Shown here piece after piece: positions 1 to 12,516 of a stretch of DNA of 64,000 nucleotides. This stretch comes from Takakia lepidozioides. Taxonomy: Eukaryota > Plantae > Bryophyta. Made by a program: the position numbers and the translations under genes. The DNA is taken from NCBI GenBank assembly GCA_030704615.1, contig CM060731.1, positions 39,866,001-39,930,000 on the forward strand, given 5' to 3'. Each line of letters opens with the position of its first letter. Positions within the stretch are counted from its first letter, which is position 1. The notes beneath the pieces are model-generated. The model did no database searches. It was not told the DNA's origin and saw nothing but the letters and a program-made list of their open reading frames with translations.

Positions 1-519
1 TTTGGTTGGCGGAGCCCAATTTCGGCACCGTTATTGGCTTCACTCCCGAGCCTTCAGCTGGCTATTTCTTTTCCTCTGCCCAATTACGGCGCCGTTATAC
101 CCAACCATCCTGCACTTCTGCAACAATACTATCCACAGTTATAGGTTGCCATTGCGTTTTCGGAGTCTGCAAACCCGGATCCTAATTCTGTTTGCATCCC
201 TTCCTCTAGGGTAATTTTGGTGCCGTTATTGCCCAGAATTCAGTTTTTCTATGACCTGGCCTGGCAGTCCATGAGCTTGGGCTCCAAGTCATGAGCGGAC
301 ACTGGTACTTATGAGCGGAGTGCTTCCAGCATGAGTGTGGAAATCTTCGAAAACCTTCTCTTCTTATACTACTTTCGATTATTTTATAGTTTTGGGCCCG
401 AAAAAAATCTGCCGAAATTCGAAGTGTGTTACTTGGCGGCTCATGGGTGAGCCATGCCCGCTCATGAGCTCATGGAATAGCAACCCCCCGTTCTGTAGAG
501 GCGCACAATGATAATTTTC

Positions 520-2608
520 TTCTGACCAGCTTATGGCCCTTCTTGGAGGGGGCAGCTAAGGCTCCGAGCATTCCTGAATATCTTAGGGGGCAACCCACAT
601 TTGGGCAACAAGCTATCAGCCCTCGAGCCATTCAGCCTCGCCAGGTAACATACTTTGTAGTGTGGTACACACTGCGAGACTCTCGCATTTTTGTGTCACT
701 CCCTTGTGCCATTGCCAGCCCCCTTTGTGCTTAAGTTGTGGCAGTAATCCATGTTGTGATAGAGTTTGTCAAATTACTGTCGCATCGTGAACTGTAAGCA
801 TTGACAGTTTGGGTGCATCTTATTGTGTTAGTGTAATTTGAGTTCCCAGTGTAGATAATATACATTTTTGGTGCTTGTTGGTTGGTTGAAGGTGCTTGGC
901 CACGAACGAGGCCCCCAAGTCAAAGGGCAGCACATCTTCACCCTTTCAGGAAGCCGACACCACTGATCCCTGATTCGCAGAATGGGGTAAGTCTATGCAT
1001 CTGCTATTCTCCCCTTCCCGACCTGGATAGTAAAATTGTTATTAGCTCATTGTAGACCTTGTAGACACAATACGTTCCAGGATCTGTGCTCCATAATTCT
1101 CATGCAATCTGCCATGTTTGGGGTGGGATGGCAGTTCGTGGTGGGAGACCATGTCAAGCTCATAGAGACTGTTTCGCGATCAACAGCCGGATTTGGCCGC
1201 ATTGCTGGTCTCCAAAGGATGGAGGTGAGTGAAGCGTACCCTGTCGTGCCAGAAGGCTATGTGGCCATCCACATTGATGATGTCCGCATTCCCAATGCCC
1301 CTCTACCATATCACAACAAATCCATGAAGCCTCATCACACTGAGTTGGGAGACACTGTAGGTTACATTACTGTGTGGAGTGACAAACTAGTGAAGACCTT
1401 GCAGACGAAGAGATGAGGCAGGTCGGCTTTGGCTAGCATTGTGGATTTCATGGGGATTTCCACCTCTGCCTCATCCGGATTTGGCAACTACGGTAACTTA
1501 TAGTAGTGACAGATTCTCTGAATTGACTGTCCAATTTTGATAGCAATCACATGTTGGATTTCCTCATGCATGTTGTTGCAAGCTTATGCCTCGTTAATGA
1601 GCAATGTGGTGGTAGGTGATATGTCCCCTTTGCACACACTATGGTTGGTTATTTTGCTGCTGAGAGAATGTGGTTGATAATGGTGATGCTGGATGGTGAT
1701 GTTGCTGCTGTTTATGCTCTTTCAGAATTATGTCGGTGCCACTTCTGTGCCTAAAGTCTTGTTGTATAGAGGATTGTGATGTTGTATGGCATATGCACGT
1801 GGCACCCTATTGGCTGCCTCTGTGGCATATCCACATCCGTCCAGAGTCATAACCATGAGTACCGAACCCAATATGATATGTGTATCCACATATTACATTT
1901 CGACATGTGACCCCCTAAGGTCCCCGCGCAATTGGTCCTATGACTCCGTATGCAAAACGTCCAGTCAAATATATGTCTACGAAGCAGCATGTGAGGTTTA
2001 GAGGATCGTGCACGTGGCACCACCTGGGACTACAACGTCCTCATGGAATCCCCTGTTCATGGAATATACCGTACTGCGCCAATCGTACGTATGACTGGTA
2101 AGAATCCACCGCAGCTCACGAAAGTCCAGCACGTGGGCACACACGAACGTGGCACGTGGTGTCCCCAGATTCCCCCCCCATAAAGACATATATGTGATTG
2201 CGAAGCCCCCTCCCCCATAGTGACACGTGGCAATGACATGTCGCACCACGTGTCTCTTCTATGACGCGACACGTGCTGTCACTTGATTCCCTCCTCCACT
2301 GTCATAGTTGGCAGTCAGGGATGGCGTCGCAGTCTGACACGTGGCATGTTCTGTAGCCACCACGTGTATGTCTTACACCGCGGCTGACATGGACTACATT
2401 GTCCGTTCAGTCATTCAGTAAAGCCAGCGTGTATGACTACCCCCACAGCTGCTCTGGCGCCACATCACAGCCAGCCTGGAGAGTCATTACTGCCATGTCA
2501 CAACTGACTAGGCTTTTATGTCTTCAGAGTCAGGAAGTCGTAAATGGCTTCCATGACTGCATTTGCAGTCATAACACAGAGACGCAAAAGCCGCAATCTG
2601 TTGTAGTG
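520..2608 (+). mobile_element. CACTA (En/Spm) transposon, 3' portion and right terminus
   Basis: Ends in ...GCAATCTGTTGTAGTG at 2608 (reverse complement CACTACAACAG). Clustered subterminal CAGTCA/TGACTG repeats precede it at ~2290-2575. It contains a TnpA-like exon. The left end was not located, so the start coordinate is approximate. Confidence 0.65.
1075..1416 (+). pseudogene. CACTA TnpA/TNP1-like C-terminal domain exon
   Basis: The translation VPEGYVAIHIDDVRIPNAPLPY...TELGDTVGYITVW matches the TNP1/En/Spm-type pattern (V.V..v..p.a.LP.p...tlgd..g....W). Confidence 0.55.
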
Positions 2609-3307
2609 GAGACGAAACAAGGTGCAGCGGAGCCACAGCCAAGTCCCCGACGGTTGTCCTGCGGATTGGATAGTGTAGATGCATATGTTGGTACACTTTT
2701 CTTTTCAGATCATTTTTTATCATAAGACAAGCGGTTTCGGCATTGTACTGCCAAAGCAGGTTAGTTTGTTAGTTGTCTGGAAATCGTTGGTAAAGCACGT
2801 AGGAAATTAGATAGTGTCTGCGACGACCATGGAGTGGAACTCTGGCGTCAAGATGACCATAGGAAGCTGCATCGACAGCATATTAGGCTGCCAATTCGAT
2901 ACCAGAAACGACAAGTTAATCCTGTTCGAACAATACAGGACGACTGTTCCAGTCCCAGATTACGATCTCTCTCTTCTCCCGCCATTCAAGTCCAGTAGGA
3001 ACACACGATGAGGAGCTTGGCAATTGGTGGAAGCGACATGTATAGCGATGAAATATCGCAACAAAACAATTGGTCGCATCGGAATGACAGCAGGTCAGGA
3101 CGACTTCAAATGGCAAAGCGTGGACTTGGTAGCGGTGTGGGACAACTAGAGGGGACTCCGGACAACCTATGACTCAGTGGCAGGGTCAAAGACCCCAGAG
3201 CCATCACCAGGGATTTGATTTTCAAATATACCACAAAATATGTGTGTAGCGAAAATACGACGAATGGCGAGAAGCGCAATTTTTTACCACCGATGGAGCT
3301 GAGAATT

Positions 3308-4920
3308 CACAAGCTGATACCAGGTATATAATTGTAGTTTGTCACCAAGTTTGGTGATTTATGGAGCTGATTAGCAGTGGGGCCAAATTATTGAGTCGAC
3401 GGCACTCACAAGACCTATTATTTGCATTTCTACTTCTTGGATGGATGAAAAAGCCTGGAATTCGCCTTGAGGAGCTGGATGGATGAAATGACAACTCGCG
3501 CCAACTGGTCATCCAACTGGATGGATGAAAAGATAGCTTTCATTTGCCTCTAAGACTTTTCATCCATGTGGAATAGTATATTATAAATCCTCCAAAGAAA
3601 CAATAGTTTAATGAATATTTTCCATTAGTCTATTAGGCACAACAACAGTATAAAAGAGGGGCTTCTCTTATTCTCATCTAGCTCATTTGCTTAGTTTCCT
3701 CTTGCTTGTTGTTGTAGTGCTTGCTAGCTTTTGGCTTGATGAGGGGCTAGATCCTAGGGAGTGGAGCTTGAAGCTCCCAAGTTAGGTAGGATTTTTGTAA
3801 GCTAAGGCAAGTGGCCTAGCTTGTGGGCCTTTGAGCCATTTTCATTTGTGAAGGAAGAGGGCAATTTAATGTGGAGGAAAGTGACTTGAGGACGAGTAGG
3901 AGAGGCTGGTGGACTTGTGGACGAGAGCCCAAGTGGAGGCCGCATAGAGTACCATTACTTGAGTCGATAGAGCATCCCAAGCACTCTCGCATAGAAAAAG
4001 ATTGATCTCATCTTACCATTTCACCATTTGTGTATGTGATTCATTTATTTTCCAAGCAAAGCTTGAAGTTAAAAATCTGATTTAGACTCTTCAAAGGAGG
4101 AGAGTGCATTGTGGAATCCCATTATTTCATGTCTAGAAGTGACAAGGGGAAGGCCCCGGGTGCTGCGCCTAGAGAGTAGGGACTCGATTACTAAAGCGTG
4201 GAGGCAGCCGTGGCCCAGCCACGACGTACGGGCACGGGGCCCCAACGCTGACCTTAAGTCGTACTGAGATCAAGTACATTAGCCACGTAGCTCAGGCATG
4301 AGGCCCTGAAGCGTGCGAGCAAGGGCGCGGGTCTTTTCCCGCTGGATAACCAAAAGGTGTGACGGACCGGCGGACGCTGACGTTAACTGCAGCGGTCCAC
4401 GGTTTGGACCGCTACGCGCGGATCTGCACCCCGCCACGTGGCGGGGGCGTTTTACCCAGTGGGCAATGCGTCTGCAAATTCCCTTAAAGGGGGGTATTCT
4501 TACCTTTAGCTATTAGATTCAATTTATACCCCTCTAAGGGTTAGGAGTCATTATCTAAGGCGCTAGTGGTAGATAAAATCTAGGATTTTGGGAGGACGTA
4601 GCCTTGGAGGGGAGCGTTCTTAGGACTCCAAGAGAGAGCCAAGTGGGCCTGGGAGCAGAGAGCTAGAGGCGGAGACCTCGAGAGACAAGGGAGGAGAGAA
4701 AGTACTCTGTCCTAAAAACTCGGCTACAATGAGCCTTTGTGTCAAAGCCCAAGGTATAGATAACTCATGTTGGTGCACAACATCGAATGGATCAGTGAAG
4801 ATCCTACAAAAATGAAACCAAACCATATACATATATATAAGACGCAACACATGATTACTAGAAATAGACATAGGAAAATCCATCCATAAAAACCAATTCA
4901 ACTAAGAAACAACGTCATAT
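3308..4920. mobile_element. LTR-retrotransposon-derived mosaic (LTR-like segments, tRNA-iMet PBS-like motif)
   Basis: CTGATACCA at 3314-3322 is the reverse complement of the TGGTATCAG PBS. A TATAAAAG box at ~3649 is followed by a CT-rich tract, as in LTRs. Boundaries are not resolved. Confidence 0.35.
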
Positions 4921-5059
4921 TGGCCACAACACGATAAAACAACAAGCTCTAAACTAAATTATTTATCAATAAAGGTAAAACAACCAAACCAACCTTAAGA
5001 GCCATAGATGCCGCGGGGAACTGTCGCGGCTCTATCGGATGAATGAATCTCGCTGAGAG

Positions 5060-6617
5060 CTCATCCCTGCCACTACATTCGTTAGTCCACAACATGCACA
5101 CGCAAAAGCGAAGAGTCTGGCGAATCGGCCGGCGGCGCCAGAAAAGCTTCCCCGGAGGAGGATGCATTCAACTATGCGGTTCACAGACGAGCTGGAACCG
5201 TACAACTTAATGGAGGATCTTCGCCATATTCAAGCAAACATTACGTTTGCACAGCTCATTGCCATGGCTCCCACAGTCCGCCACGCTCTTAAGGCATCAT
5301 TGGTGCGGAAGCAAGTGAGCACTTCTGCTCAGGCCCACCATATCAATGCTCACATCGACCCAGGACCAGTGGAGATAGAAGTGGAAATTGCTGACCGATT
5401 CATACGGCGTTGTTTAGTGGATGATGGGAGCTCAGTCAACATCATGCCATTCTCCACTCTATCCAAACTGGGTTTGAACATGACAGGGGAATCCCCTCTG
5501 ACAATCAGGCTAGCTGACCAGCTGAAGATCCGACCCGTGGGTCACATAGCAAATGTAAAGATGAAGACAAGAGGCTACACGTATGCAATAGACTTCCAAA
5601 TCATAGACTTCCCCATCGACAAATATTCGTATGCGCTCCTATTAGGGAGGCCATGGTTGGTCCAGTCCAGGGCACGAACGGACTGGGGGGCAGGCACCAT
5701 TACTTATGGGGTAAGACCTTACACTACTACTGTTGCATTTCTTTCTGGAGCACCTCACGAAGAAACAGATGAGGATGAGCTCAGCATGATTGGCTCTAAA
5801 GAGGAGTCTGCAGACTTGAGTGAGGAGGATTTGTGGTCAGAGGGAGAGCTCCTCCCCACCTCGCACGCCCACCGAGTTTTAGCAACAGCTACCGCGCCTC
5901 ACAGGGAGGTTAAGCGAAGAAAGGTAGGACTAGAAGACGCAGTCAAGTCTCTAGGACCGGGATTATATGAATGAAAGTCTGATGCAGACTGCATTGCCTG
6001 GTTGTTCGGAGAAAACCAAGGCAGGGAAGTGATGGTACACCCGGTATCAACCGAGGCACTTCCAGAGTTCGAGTCATTGACCGAATTTTTTTCCATATCC
6101 ACCGAACGGGTTGGTCTGCAGGAACAAGAGATTCCTCAGGAGGAACACGACAAGATTCTGGATATGAGAATTGTAGAGGAGGTCGACCTAGAAAGGGATG
6201 TCCTGAAACATAGCGCCCCTTACATTCCTTATTTGCAGCAGGGATCAAACAGATCTCGATTTGAGCCGAGGTCGTGTTTCACGTCGGAACCAACGACGCA
6301 GTTTATCGACATGGCAGTTGGAGGAGAGTCACCAAAGATGGTGAAGGTGGGAGCCCACTTGACAACAGAGCAGGCCTTGGAGTATCAGGCACTGTTCAAG
6401 GAATTTCGGGATATTTTTGCATGGTCCTACACCGAATTGAAGGGAGTGCCTTCTTACGTGGCAATGCATTCCATCCCCCTAATTCCGGGAGCCACCCCAA
6501 GACAACAACGCGAGAGGAGGGTGAATCCCAACTTGGCACTGCTCATTAAAGCAGAGATTGAAAAGCTGTTGGCCGCATAATTTATTTTTCCGGTGGAAAC
6601 ATCAACATGGGTGTCCC
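5060..6617 (+). mobile_element. Ty3/gypsy gag-pol fragment (aspartic protease and start of RT), pseudogenised and truncated
   Basis: Protease motif LVDDGSSVNIM...LLGRPWL and RT N-terminus FRDIFAWSYTELKG...EIEKLL..FIFPVETSTWVS. In-frame stops at 5972 and 6578. Cut at the WVSP motif by a second element. Confidence 0.9.
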
Positions 6618-7539
6618 TGTCGAGCGGCTTTTACTCACCCATCCCTTCGCTATCCGAGGTGGAACTCCAAGATAGAAGAGTTGGATATCTCTAAGCACTC
6701 AGCCCGCTCAGAACAATCAGTCATGACCTGCAGCTAGTGCATCATGGTTGTGCTTCCCATTTGTATTCCTTCCTGCCTTCATGTTATCAATTTACCTTAC
6801 CGTGTATACTGAAGCATCAGATTGCTTCAGTATCTACTAAGTTCCAGTTAATCATGCATTCATTCCACAACTTCTCTCGTGTCTCTCTACACAGTATGAT
6901 TGTATCGATTCAGTATCGGATTAAGATTAATCATGTATCATGCCTATGCCATGGTGTCTCTATTCTATCCTACTGTATAATTCTACAACTTGCATGAATT
7001 AAGCCTCATTCAAGTTATTATCTCCTCTTCACTGTTTCCCGCTCCCCGTTACGTCTCTTCATCTCTTGAACAAGTCGCCCTCCTCCAGAAGTGATCATCT
7101 TCCCGTTGCCGCTCTCCTCATCTACCCGCAAGCTGTTCTAATCACCTAACTAACTAACCGTCACCCCTGAAGTAACACATCCCCTCTGCAGATGTCGTTC
7201 CCTCACAGTCATTCCCTGTCAATGATAACTGTTCCCCATGTACTGTGACAGGCTGTGTCAAGCTGTGCCGAGCTGTGACTGGCTGTGTAAAGCTGTGTCG
7301 GGCTGTGATTGGCTGTGCGAAGCTGTGTTCGGGCTGTGTGAAGCTATGTCGGGCTGTGACTGGCTGTGCGAAGTTGTGTCGGATTGTGTGAAGCTGTGTC
7401 AGGCTGTGTCGGGCTGTGTAACCCCCCTAAAGCCTGCTCCTGCCACCCCTAAAACTCCTGTTGGTCTCAGTCTGCGCAAAAATTAAGGGTACCCCATTGA
7501 ACCCATAAAAGCGTCTAAGTCCCAAGCAACCTTCTAACA
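6618..7539 (-). mobile_element. 3' LTR (~922 bp) of a second LTR retrotransposon inserted into the RT above
   Basis: On the minus strand it starts TGTTAG at 7539, immediately after a polypurine tract (GAGAGGGGGAGGGGTAA, 7540-7556). It ends ...TCGACA at 6618, exactly where the host RT frame breaks. Confidence 0.75.
7244..7418. repeat. 10/30-bp tandem repeat (GGCTGTGTCA-like) inside the LTR
   Basis: About 17 degenerate GCTGTG-core 10-mers are directly visible. Confidence 0.85.
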
Positions 7540-7577
7540 TTACCCCTCCCCCTCTCAAAAAGCCGTGTCCTCACGGT

Positions 7578-8743
7578 TTACTGTTTGGGATTAGCAAACC
7601 TTTGTGAGCGAGCACCCTTCTGACGGTGAGAGTCTCGTGAAGGACTCCGTGTGCGAGCCCGAGTCCTGTCACTAGCTGATGGAGATGATTGAGCACTACC
7701 TGGAAATGTCTGACCCTCCTTTGGCTGATAACGAGGTAACCTCTCAGGCATAGGAGATCCCCGTCGTTTCTTCTCTTCCATCTGAAGTGCATAGTCCTCT
7801 GCCATGTCAAAAGAGTCCTCTGAAGAAACAGTAGTATCAGAATCCTCGTCCCCCCGTAGGTGTTTTAAAGGCCGAACTTTAAGTGGAATCCTGTGTGGCC
7901 TACAATGTGGTCCCACCATGTCTGGAAGTTTAAACTGTACAACTTGATGTAAGCGCTTGCAAGCAAAATTAGTGAACGCTCTGAACTCCTTATCCGTATA
8001 GGTAAGAGGTGTGTCAATGACTTTGGAACAATGTATTTCCAGGCTTCGTGTCCCTTAAAGAAAATATCCTCAGGGCCGAATTTCTGTGTTGTCAAATTGT
8101 TCCAAGCCGAATTAAACCATGAACGAAGTTGGGAATCCTTCTGCATCATAACTTTTGCATCATATAGGTACATATGAGGTGGCACTGAAGGTAAAACCCA
8201 ATGATCCCCACTGGAATAACTCAGAAATTGTGATTGCATCTTCTGCTGCTCAATGTGATAACGTGCCAGAAAACAAGCAGCATAGTATAATCCACAGCCC
8301 ATGACAATACTAGATACCTCATTGGTCTTGGTATAGATGTACCCATATACAACCTAGAAGGCAATTAATTCCTTCAGCATGGTACCTGCCTCAGACCAGT
8401 ACCTGGCAAAGTGATGATCCTCAATGGGTCGATTGTTTGGAAGAACCTTAGTCCGAGTTGCCACCGGCAACCAAATGCGCATGATCTGGTAGTAATGTGC
8501 CAACGATTGCGGAGGACTAAATTCCTTCCAAGCCAAATCCAGCACAATGGGAATTTGGTTGAAGGGCATATACATAGCCCGACTGTACTCCCGTGTAGCA
8601 AGAGTCCTAGGTGGGTTAAAAGCAGCATCTCCCCATACCTCAGGCTGTGTTTTGGCTGTAGTAGCAACAGGGTCAGCTACCTGCACAGCCAGCTGCTGTG
8701 AAATTGGTATTACTGGGCCTTCTACCACTACAGCCTCGTCCAT
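7578..8743 (-). pseudogene. Uncharacterised accessory ORF of the LTR retrotransposon (upstream of the PPT), disrupted
   Basis: ORFs 8354-8743 and 7865-8302 are in the same frame, separated by one TAG. An acidic/RS-rich tail (7578-7919) follows after a frameshift and ends ~20 nt before the PPT. Confidence 0.5.
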
Positions 8744-9654
8744 TAGGGGTTAAAACCCTTGAGTGCCCATAAGGCCTTTACACACAACGAATTGTGATAG
8801 AGAACCCTGCTTTTTCTAAGTAGAGACAGTGGGAATGGAGCTGGAAAGAACTTTGTCCTGCTCCTTGTTAGTACAATAGGGCAAGTTGGCCTATGACCGA
8901 ACAGGCACCTATGACCAAACTCCCCATAACGCTTTGTCATGACCATACGTTGGTCCCAAGACTGTCCATTATTGCCACTTGGCAAACAATATTTGATAGA
9001 ACCCCAAAAATTGTGAGTGGTCATAGGGCTCTGGGTGCACAAAAGCATTCCGATTGGTTCAACTTTGAAACCCAATAACTTTGTTGGGCCCACTCCAAAA
9101 CAGCACATACCCTCACGGATGAGGGTATATCTCCCAGCTAAGAAACATCCACAAGGATGAACCGTATGAAAGGGAGGCTACCTACCTCATGCACATGTTG
9201 TAAGACTTTCAGCCCATTTCACCGTGTCATTAGGAAGATTATAAGAAAATGGTAAGCTCTAAATCTGTGGTGGATTCCAATTTTAGAGGGAAAAATTGGT
9301 TTGACCAGGCAGTTGGACCGAAATTTTTTTTTTTCCTTGCAAGATCCCAACCACATTCCAATTATCAGGCACCTAAAGCAACTTGCCCCAAATTTGCAAA
9401 GCAGAATTCCAATATCTGCATAGGGTTCCTTTGTATGGGAAAACAGGGGGGTCAAAAAGCACTATTTGCTTCAATTGACCTGTAATTCAGCCATAGGGGT
9501 CAAAATTGGCATTGGAACCAGAATTCCAATGGTGGAATTGTTCCTCCTATGATTTCCTACTACCTCCAAAAAGAATTTCTGAATTCTAACCAAAATGCAG
9601 GCAGAGATTTTTAAGTAGGTGAATTTCTACTTGAATCCCAGCTCAGGCCATGTA

Positions 9655-9986
9655 TTGGTAGTTGTTAGTTTTTCAGTTGCCTGTCGGGTGGAACGCCGAA
9701 ACGTCGGGCGTTCCCGGGCCCTTTTTTGGGTGTCGATTTTGGGGTCCCCGGAGTTTTCTGTGTAAATCGGTGACATAGCCCCCTTTTTGTAGCCGAAATT
9801 GTCTACCGGCTCAGGCCATGTATTGCCTGAGCCGGTAGACAATTTCGGCTACAAAAAGGGGGCTATGTCACCGATTTACACAGAAAACTCCGGGGACCCC
9901 AAAATCGACACCCAAAAAAGGGCCCGGGAACGCCCGACGTTTCGGCGTTCCACCCGACAGGCAACTGAAAAACTAACAACTACCAA
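9655..9986. repeat. Inverted repeat, 162-bp arms with an 8-nt loop
   Basis: 9655-9816 is the reverse complement of 9825-9986, with loop CATGTATT. The ORF track shows identical translations on both strands. Confidence 0.95.
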
Positions 9987-10019
9987 CCGTCACGAATGTG
10001 GCCCATCTGTCTTCAAGCT

Positions 10020-11849
10020 CCCCGTGGTATTGCACATATGCAGGCACAGATGACACATGCACTCTCTGGTTTCCCACAAAATGGCGTACAGTCACAGGAG
10101 AGGAAGGGTTGCAAGCTGGCCTAGCTGCAGATGACAGTAAGAATACACCCTTCTTGTCCCACCACAACACAGCAGCCACCTCCCTGGACTCATGCATCCT
10201 GTACCATGACTGCCCTTGCTTGGCAGTCTTGGATTTTTTCATTTTCAGCAAAGAGGGAGGGAGACCCTTTCTGTTCACTCTTACCGTGCTAGTGGCCCAA
10301 GTGCCAAGTTTGGGCATGTCATATAGAAGCTGGACCCCTGTAAAGTAATTATCAGTCACAATGACATGGCCCAAACCATGCAGCCCGTCGGCCAGCCGGG
10401 TGACCACATCGTAAGGTTCCTTCTCCCTTCCCACTTTTCTGCCTCTTGCCATCTGGCCCTCCTGCATTCTTACCAGCATACACTGAAAAGTCGTAGACAT
10501 ATGAAGTCTCCGAGTCAGCCAAGGCCCACACCTTGATGCCCCATTTGCATGGTTTCTTAGGCATATACATCCTAATTGGGGAGTACTTCCCCTTGTAACG
10601 GATCATCACCTCGTCAACAGTCACCATTTTGTTCAGATTCCAGAGACTTTTACACCTATCCACGATTTCCTCACACACCCACCTAAGCTTTCCAAGCTTA
10701 TCATAATTGCGACTCTTACGATCTGCCACCAACGTGGCGTTGTCAACAAGATGCAAACAGCGGAGTATGGCCTCATACCTATTTCGAGTCATCACTTTGC
10801 GGATGACAGGACAAGCGAAGAATGTCTCCGAGTGTTGCCAGTAAAATCGTGTTCGGGGCAACTTCTTCATGCCCATGAAGATACAGACTCCAATCCAAGC
10901 CCTGAGCTCAGGAACAGTGAGCTCTTTCCACCGAGGCCCCCCACGAGTGCCCGTACCGAAAGGTTCAGCAGCATAACGATTGGACTCCCTACATATTCGC
11001 CCAAGCACATGTCGCCTCCAAAACAAACCAAAAAACCAAATCGGATGTGAGCCCTTCATCTCAGGAAGGCAGGGACCAGGTTGAGGGCCAGAAAATGCAG
11101 CTCTATCACTCACAAAGTCAAAGCCTGCGTTGGTGTCCCACGTCTTCGCCTTGAACATCTCCACAAAATCGGCCGAGATTTCCTCATCACACTCCATATC
11201 AACCACCTTGTTTTCCCAGTCTGCTTCGTCAGCAGAGTCGCCCATGTACCCATCGTCACCCTCAAAATCCTCGTCCATGTCGGAGGAGGCCTCATCGTGG
11301 CCCAAAACAGGATTAGAAGACCCCTCACCAAAAAGAACCAGTGCACCAGTGTTGGGATGCATGTCTCCCAAAGCAGCCTGACCGACGGCAAGCATGCTCC
11401 CAGCATCCAGAGGCCTGCCAACATATCCCGGAGGTGCTGTGACACTTGTAGGAACCGACCTCTTTGCACGAGCCAACTCCTTCAGACGCCTGACTGTCGG
11501 CATCGGGCCAGACATCATCTCTCAAAACAGAATTCACAGCGTCACTGAACCCCTCCTTATCACCTTCCTATATTCTCTCTCTCCAACCAAGAATTAGAGC
11601 CACCTGACGTCTAAACAGAAAGCGAAAATTGTGAGGACGAGGGTGGCGAGGCCAACGATTGGCGAACGGCGGTGGAGGCAAACTACAGAGGAAGGCAGGA
11701 GACAGACACCCCAATATTACCTTGCACTGCTTGGGAGTGCAGTGCTGCTCCTCAAGCGCCCACTCCCTTATAACCTCTGCGGCAGCTACAAGCTCGGGTG
11801 GGGGCGACGGTGGCTCAGGCACAAGAGCGTCTTTCCTCTTTGGTGCCAT
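10020..11849 (-). pseudogene. piggyBac transposase (DDE_Tnp_1_7/PGBD-type), frameshifted and C-terminally truncated
   Basis: Motifs MTRNRYEAILRCLHL, VTVDEVMIRYKG..PIRMYMPKKPCKWGIKVWAL and VIVTDNYFT are present. There is a frameshift at ~10415, and the GGVD..D motif and Cys-rich domain are absent. Confidence 0.9.
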
Positions 11850-12516
11850 ACGAATCCCTGGGACCGACAGAGATCACAGGAAATGAATGCAAGCCCTCAC
11901 AATGAATCAATGCAGATGGCCCAACTTCCCCAAGCACAGGAAGGAATGATGCACCTCGACGAATGAAGCCTAGAAAATGAAGCCCGAAAATGAAGCCCAG
12001 AAATACACCCCCCTACGAAGCGAATGCGGGCGATCCACGGAAGATCAAACAAAACATGCACACAAAAGCGCCAAGGAAATGCGAGAGGGGCCACGATTTG
12101 CAAGCTCCAGGAACCTAGACTCTGTGCGCGCGAAGAGAGAGCCCGTTCCACGCTGCCGCCACCCATCACTGGCCACTGGGTGGCATCCCATGTCCGCATG
12201 GGCGGACATGCCAACCCTGCATGCACCCGATCGCTGACATTGGGCCACCGACGCCCATTTTGCCTGCCACGTGGCTAGGTCAAAGCCCGTGGAGGGCCAG
12301 AAACCATTGGATTTTGGGTGCTCATCATCACTTCAAAAAGTCCTGACGGCGCAAAATTTGTCCAATTAGGATGCAATACATTCTGTCCGACGCAGAATTT
12401 CAAGGGCTACTACTTTCGTTCAGGGCCCATCTTCATCCAGATTCATCCAAGGGGCCCACCGACGGTCGAAATATCCAATCGACCCGAATCAGGTCGACTC
12501 GTCCATTAGGGGTTAA

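Larger units (their letters stand above)
8731..12512 (-). mobile_element. piggyBac-like DNA transposon, copy 1 (defective, right end rearranged)
   Basis: TIR CTCGTCCATTAGGGG at 12498-12512 is followed by TTAA. Segment 9086-12512 is an inverted near-identical copy of 17248-20812. The right TIR plus TTAA is found displaced and flipped at 8731-8753. Confidence 0.9.

Noticed and set aside
260-500. CATGAG-repeat block ending CTGTAGAG, a possible second CACTA end (another TAGTG at 2816)
   Set aside because: The terminus is imperfect or unpaired and no TSD can be verified in the window.
2814-3220. Long frame with few stops, possibly a coding relic
   Set aside because: It has no recognisable motif and cannot be assigned.
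7238-7486. Cys-rich ORF (CDWLC repeats) resembling a metallothionein
   Set aside because: It is simply the translation of the 10/30-bp tandem repeat inside an LTR.
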